DNA of 64,000 nucleotides from IMG/VR virus record IMGVR_UViG_3300003323_001224, positions 12,639 to 76,638 of that record; one strand, given 5' to 3'. Below are positions 60,040-64,000 of this stretch, one piece after another (within the stretch, counting starts at the first letter, position 1; every line of letters begins with the position of its first letter). The notes under the pieces were generated by a model, which saw only the letters and a program-made list of their open reading frames with translations, searched no databases and was not told where the DNA came from. Origin of the DNA: a virus. Both the position numbers and the translations under genes were made by a program.

Positions 60040-60651
60040 ATGAGTAAGCAAAAGTTAGTAAGGACAGTCCGTACCAAAGTGTACAAGTTTGAAGGACTAT
60101 CGCCGGAAGGGCAGCAGAAGGCGATAGAATGCGAACGGAATTTTACTATTAGTAACCAGGATTTTCCATTCCTGGAAGATTATCGGCGATCTATAGATGC
60201 GTTCATTAAACTATTTCCCGTACGTTTGAACAGACGAGGGGATGGATTTGCGTTTGAAGGCAATGACGAAGTAGGCCGTTTGAAAGGCAAAAGGCTGGCT
60301 GCATTTCTGTGGAATAAGTACAAGGATTATTTATTTGAAGGTAAATTGTATTACAAAGGAGCGATATCCGGCGATACCAAGTTCTGGCATTCCAAATGCC
60401 AGCTAGAAGAAAACAGCTGCGCTTTGACGGGGATGGGGTATGACTACGCCCTATTGAAACCGATCTTTGAGTATATGCGTAAACCTACCATGTGGAAGGT
60501 TGACTTTGAAGATTTGATGTATTATTGCTATGCGGAATGGTCATTATCGATAGATAAGGAAGAGGAATACGTGCTATCAGATGAATACATCCGCGAAAAC
60601 CTCATTGAAAACGAATACGAATTTACAGCCGACGGTCGGCTATTCAAATAG
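60040..60651 (+). CDS. Early-region hypothetical protein (CRISPR spacer target at 3' end)
   Basis: 203 aa; VYKFE.LS.E.Q.KAIE...SDEYIRENLIENEYEFTADG motif. Confidence 0.7.
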   Translation: MSKQKLVRTVRTKVYKFEGLSPEGQQKAIECERNFTISNQDFPFLEDYRRSIDAFIKLFPVRLNRRGDGFAFEGNDEVGRLKGKRLAAFLWNKYKDYLFEGKLYYKGAISGDTKFWHSKCQLEENSCALTGMGYDYALLKPIFEYMRKPTMWKVDFEDLMYYCYAEWSLSIDKEEEYVLSDEYIRENLIENEYEFTADGRLFK

Positions 60652-60792
60652 GTTTCAGAACCGGATTGTACCGGTCGTAAATACCCCCGCCGTGTCTACG
60701 GTGGGGTTTTTATAAAACAAACAAAATCTATAAGCGAACCGGCGCTGCCGGTGGTTCAAGTCCCCCGATAGAGCTAATCAAATTGCAATTAT

Positions 60793-61413
60793 ATGAAATG
60801 GTTAACAATGGAACAGTTTAAAAAATTGAAGCTGCCAACGAGCACAGATTTCGAGAAAATTGAACAGAGAGCAGTAGAAGTCAATAAATTCTACCCGGCT
60901 AAGATTATGGTGTGTGTGGACGACAGCGAAGGTCTGCATTTTAACTATGCCGAGGTCAGATTGGAACACCCGGACATAGTGATAACTATAAGGTACGATG
61001 AATACCGGAAGAAATACGAAGTGGGAGCGAATATTGAAAGCCATTTTAAGAACGTAACATGGGACACGGTTTTGGGAATTAAAAGAAGCCTGCACAAACC
61101 AAATCAGATAGGTGTACTATCGGCGAAGAAAATTACGGAATGGGTGAACTATTATGAAGCTATATATAGCCAAGCGTTCCGTATCGATCAGCAAAATGGA
61201 AATGAAAAAGAGAGATTTCTTCTTTCGCTGAAAGGATTGCCGGTAAAATGGAATGCAGATAAGAAAGGCGGAACGATTATTAAGAATGGTATTACATTTA
61301 CATTTTCTATCGGTGCAACATATGTTACGAAGAAAATGGAGATAAATTATAATGTGCCTGACACGATAGAATCCTTCAAACTGATTTCAGATAATAAATA
61401 TAAGGAAAAGTAA
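60793..61413 (+). CDS. Early-region hypothetical protein
   Basis: 206 aa preceded by the shared AAATTGCAATTATATG leader. Confidence 0.6.
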   Translation: MKWLTMEQFKKLKLPTSTDFEKIEQRAVEVNKFYPAKIMVCVDDSEGLHFNYAEVRLEHPDIVITIRYDEYRKKYEVGANIESHFKNVTWDTVLGIKRSLHKPNQIGVLSAKKITEWVNYYEAIYSQAFRIDQQNGNEKERFLLSLKGLPVKWNADKKGGTIIKNGITFTFSIGATYVTKKMEINYNVPDTIESFKLISDNKYKEK

Positions 61414-61477
61414 CGCCCCCTTCCCGAAAGCGTAACCGTCCATCGCAGACGGCGGGAGCTAACCAAAAATAAATCGT

Positions 61478-61702
61478 ATGAAATCTGAAAACCTGGGAAA
61501 TATCCCACCCGATACAGAACAAGCCTATTTGGGCCTGCTTCAAAAATATGCGGATGGAATGATTACAAAGGAGATTGCTGAAGTTACCACGTACAAGCGC
61601 AGGGCGATCAATCACGCGTTTACGCGGTTAATTAAAAAGTATGGGGCCTCGCATCTACCGAATTTGACGGCCATTTTAATGAGGGAGGGGAAAATAAAAT
61701 AA
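61478..61702 (+). CDS. LuxR-type HTH protein
   Basis: ADGMITKEIAE......I......L.KK.G......L...REG.I. Confidence 0.7.
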   Translation: MKSENLGNIPPDTEQAYLGLLQKYADGMITKEIAEVTTYKRRAINHAFTRLIKKYGASHLPNLTAILMREGKIK

Positions 61703-62785
61703 GTAATATATGATCAACTATGCGCTATTCGCAGGCAGAAAATTCGTCATGCATGTGCAGGCGGCAGATGTCAGCAATGCGCGGGACCAATTGCGGGCGT
61801 TGGGGGAAGCGATCTTGCAGTTAAACAACCGCCCGTTAAAATTAAAGGTGATTATCAATAGAACCGATCCCGATAATATCATGATGGAGGTGGTCACAAG
61901 AAATCATCCATTAAAAATGGTTACATTCACTTTAAAAAAGCAAACATGACAAAAGGCAAACTCGTTGATGGAGATCCATTCTATATAATTAATATTTCAC
62001 AGTATGTTACAAAAGCTGTATTTGCAAGTGCGTTAGCGGACTATTGTTGGGAGGGATCAGAAATATTCGATCCAAAAATGACGCGCAGAGAAGGTATGAG
62101 AATCTTAAAGCATAGGTTAGAATGGGCTGGTCGGCAGGGAATAGACACCACATTATGGGAAGGCGCCTCAGAAGATTTTGTGCAGCCGCATAATGATGCC
62201 TATGAGGCGGCGATTGCCTGGATAGAAACAAATTACCCGTATTTAAACAAATAATCCATGCCCATGTACATCTTTTTTATAAGAGCCCTTTTCACTTTAA
62301 AGGGAAAAACAGAAAGTAAGAGCGGATATGTATTGGCAGAGACAATGGCAGAAGCTATTGCATTCGCCGGAGATAAGATCAGAACGTATGGGAAGGTTGA
62401 TATATTCCATATGGAAGGGCATCGCCGTTCAGAGAATCAGAAGGCAGCGGAAGCTGCCAAAGAACAACCCGCTGATCATTGGGATAAATTATATTCGTTC
62501 AAATCAAAAATTTAAAAGTATGTCAACAAAAAAGGAGTCTAATTTTACGGATGATCTGGAGGATGTAGCTGCTACTATTGCTAAAATGGAAGCAAAAGGC
62601 GAGGGGGCAAAGATGGAGCTGGTCCCTTTCAAGCTCGAAGTGATACGCTTGCGCATCGAAAACGAGCAGATGTTGGCGTTACGCAGAATAGCGCAGGCGT
62701 TGGAAACGTATCCTTTCCCGGAATAAGAGCGCATCGCTGATGCGCTGGAAGATAGATAAATTATCAAAAACCTAAAACTATAAAC

Positions 62786-63145
62786 ATGGGACTTACAATT
62801 CACCCGAATGTATTTGGGAACGTTCCTTATGGGATTTTTCATGATTGGAGAGTAGCCATCGCTAACGCATTAGACCTGCCTCCCTTAAAAGAAATGGAGG
62901 GGTTCTCAGAGCACCGAGGAGCTGTTACGAAAAAATGGGACAGTCTGCCTTATAATCCTCTTTTTCTTCTTCTCAATCATTCAGATTGCGATGGAGAGTT
63001 AAGGTGGGAAGATGGTGAAGCCATTACTGGCGAGTTGGAAAAAAATTTGCCGAAATTGCCGCAAGAGTGGCATGAGATGACGGAGAAATTTATTAATGGA
63101 TACCGTCGTGCAGCAGAAAAGAAGAAGAATCTCATTTTTGGATAA
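62786..63145 (+). CDS. Hypothetical phage protein
   Basis: LLNHSDCDGEL motif. Confidence 0.6.
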   Translation: MGLTIHPNVFGNVPYGIFHDWRVAIANALDLPPLKEMEGFSEHRGAVTKKWDSLPYNPLFLLLNHSDCDGELRWEDGEAITGELEKNLPKLPQEWHEMTEKFINGYRRAAEKKKNLIFG

Positions 63146-63495
63146 CCTAATTCGGTTAAAGGCCGTCCGCATGGTTCAATGCCATGCTTAGGGCAAAAAT
63201 TATTATTTATTAATAAATTTGAAACTTGTAAATTAATGGAGAAGGCACGGTTCATATCGGCTCTGGGAACCTGCCGCAATTGCAAGCATTGGCGCGACAA
63301 AGCATGGACAGACAAAGCATGGACAGACAAAGGTTGGGGCGTATGTGATAATTCGAAGAATGATGTTAAATCTAATTTCCAGCACCATTTGCATGGGTAT
63401 GTTACTGAAGATTTGATAAAAACGTTGGAGGAGCTTGATACTATCCGCTACCCGGAAGATTTCGGCTGTATTTATTTTGAATCAAAACAATAACT

Positions 63496-63852
63496 ATGTC
63501 ATACGATGTATATTTAAAAGACCCTACTACGGGCAACGTTATCGAGTTAGATATTGTGCACCACATGAAAGGGGGCACTTATGCAGTTGGGGGCACAAAC
63601 GAAGCGCACCTAAATATAACCTACAATTATGGCGGCATATTTAGGCAGGTGTTTGGAGAAAAAGGCATTCGTTCTATTTATGGAATGACGGGCGCTGAAA
63701 GTCTCCCTATCTTGGAAAAAGCGATATATGCCTTGGGTAATGATACGCACGAGGACTATTGGAAGGCTACAGAAGGGAATGCAAAAAGGGCATTAATCAA
63801 TCTTGCTCAGCTTGCGACTTTGGCCCCAACTGGTGTTTGGGAGGGCGATTAA
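63496..63852 (+). CDS. Hypothetical phage protein
   Basis: MSYD..L...GGTY.VGG...LNITYNY..YWKATEGNAKRAL motif. Confidence 0.65.
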   Translation: MSYDVYLKDPTTGNVIELDIVHHMKGGTYAVGGTNEAHLNITYNYGGIFRQVFGEKGIRSIYGMTGAESLPILEKAIYALGNDTHEDYWKATEGNAKRALINLAQLATLAPTGVWEGD

Positions 63853-64000
63853 AATATTTAAACCTATACAAAATAATTAGAAAACCTTGAATAAATAATA
63901 TAACCATGGAGTTATTGCAGGAACTGTACAAAGGCATCCAGCCGTGGCTGGAAATCATTGGATATGTTGCAGGATTATTATTATTTCGATTGATGGAAGA

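Noticed and set aside
63296-63330. 15-bp tandem repeat GACAAAGCATGGACA (DKAWT twice)
   Set aside because: In-frame two-copy duplication with no evidence of function
1-64000. Genome-wide stop-codon reassignment or diversity-generating retroelement
   Set aside because: Long genes are intact in code 11 and no reverse transcriptase or TR/VR pair was seen

Overview
The window is most of a Bacteroidota-infecting podovirus genome with a crAss-like structural module, and it appears to be temperate. 1-28.3 kb (+) carries tail tubular and stabilisation proteins, probable ejection proteins, terminase, portal, scaffold, major capsid, fibre-like genes and lysis genes. 28.6-41.9 kb (mostly -) carries tRNAs, a tyrosine integrase, a CRISPR array of about 34 repeats, a 364-aa Cas12f/TnpB-like gene, a tRNA cluster and small ORFs. 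A CI/Cro-like switch lies at about 42 kb, followed by recombination and primase-helicase genes, a probable origin, and an early region of small ORFs. The best candidate for a new system is the RuvC-inactivated, C-terminally truncated Cas12f-like protein next to a long array with type VI-B-like 36-nt repeats and no cas1/cas2. Two spacers match this phage's own genes at 28/30 with only synonymous differences, and both targets have 5'-CTG flanks. Other notable items are a circularly permuted (YrlA-like) tRNA mimic, a family of anticodon-less mini-tRNA elements in front of early genes, and a four-copy 17-bp operator. All protein calls come from motif recognition and synteny by eye; no database searches were run.
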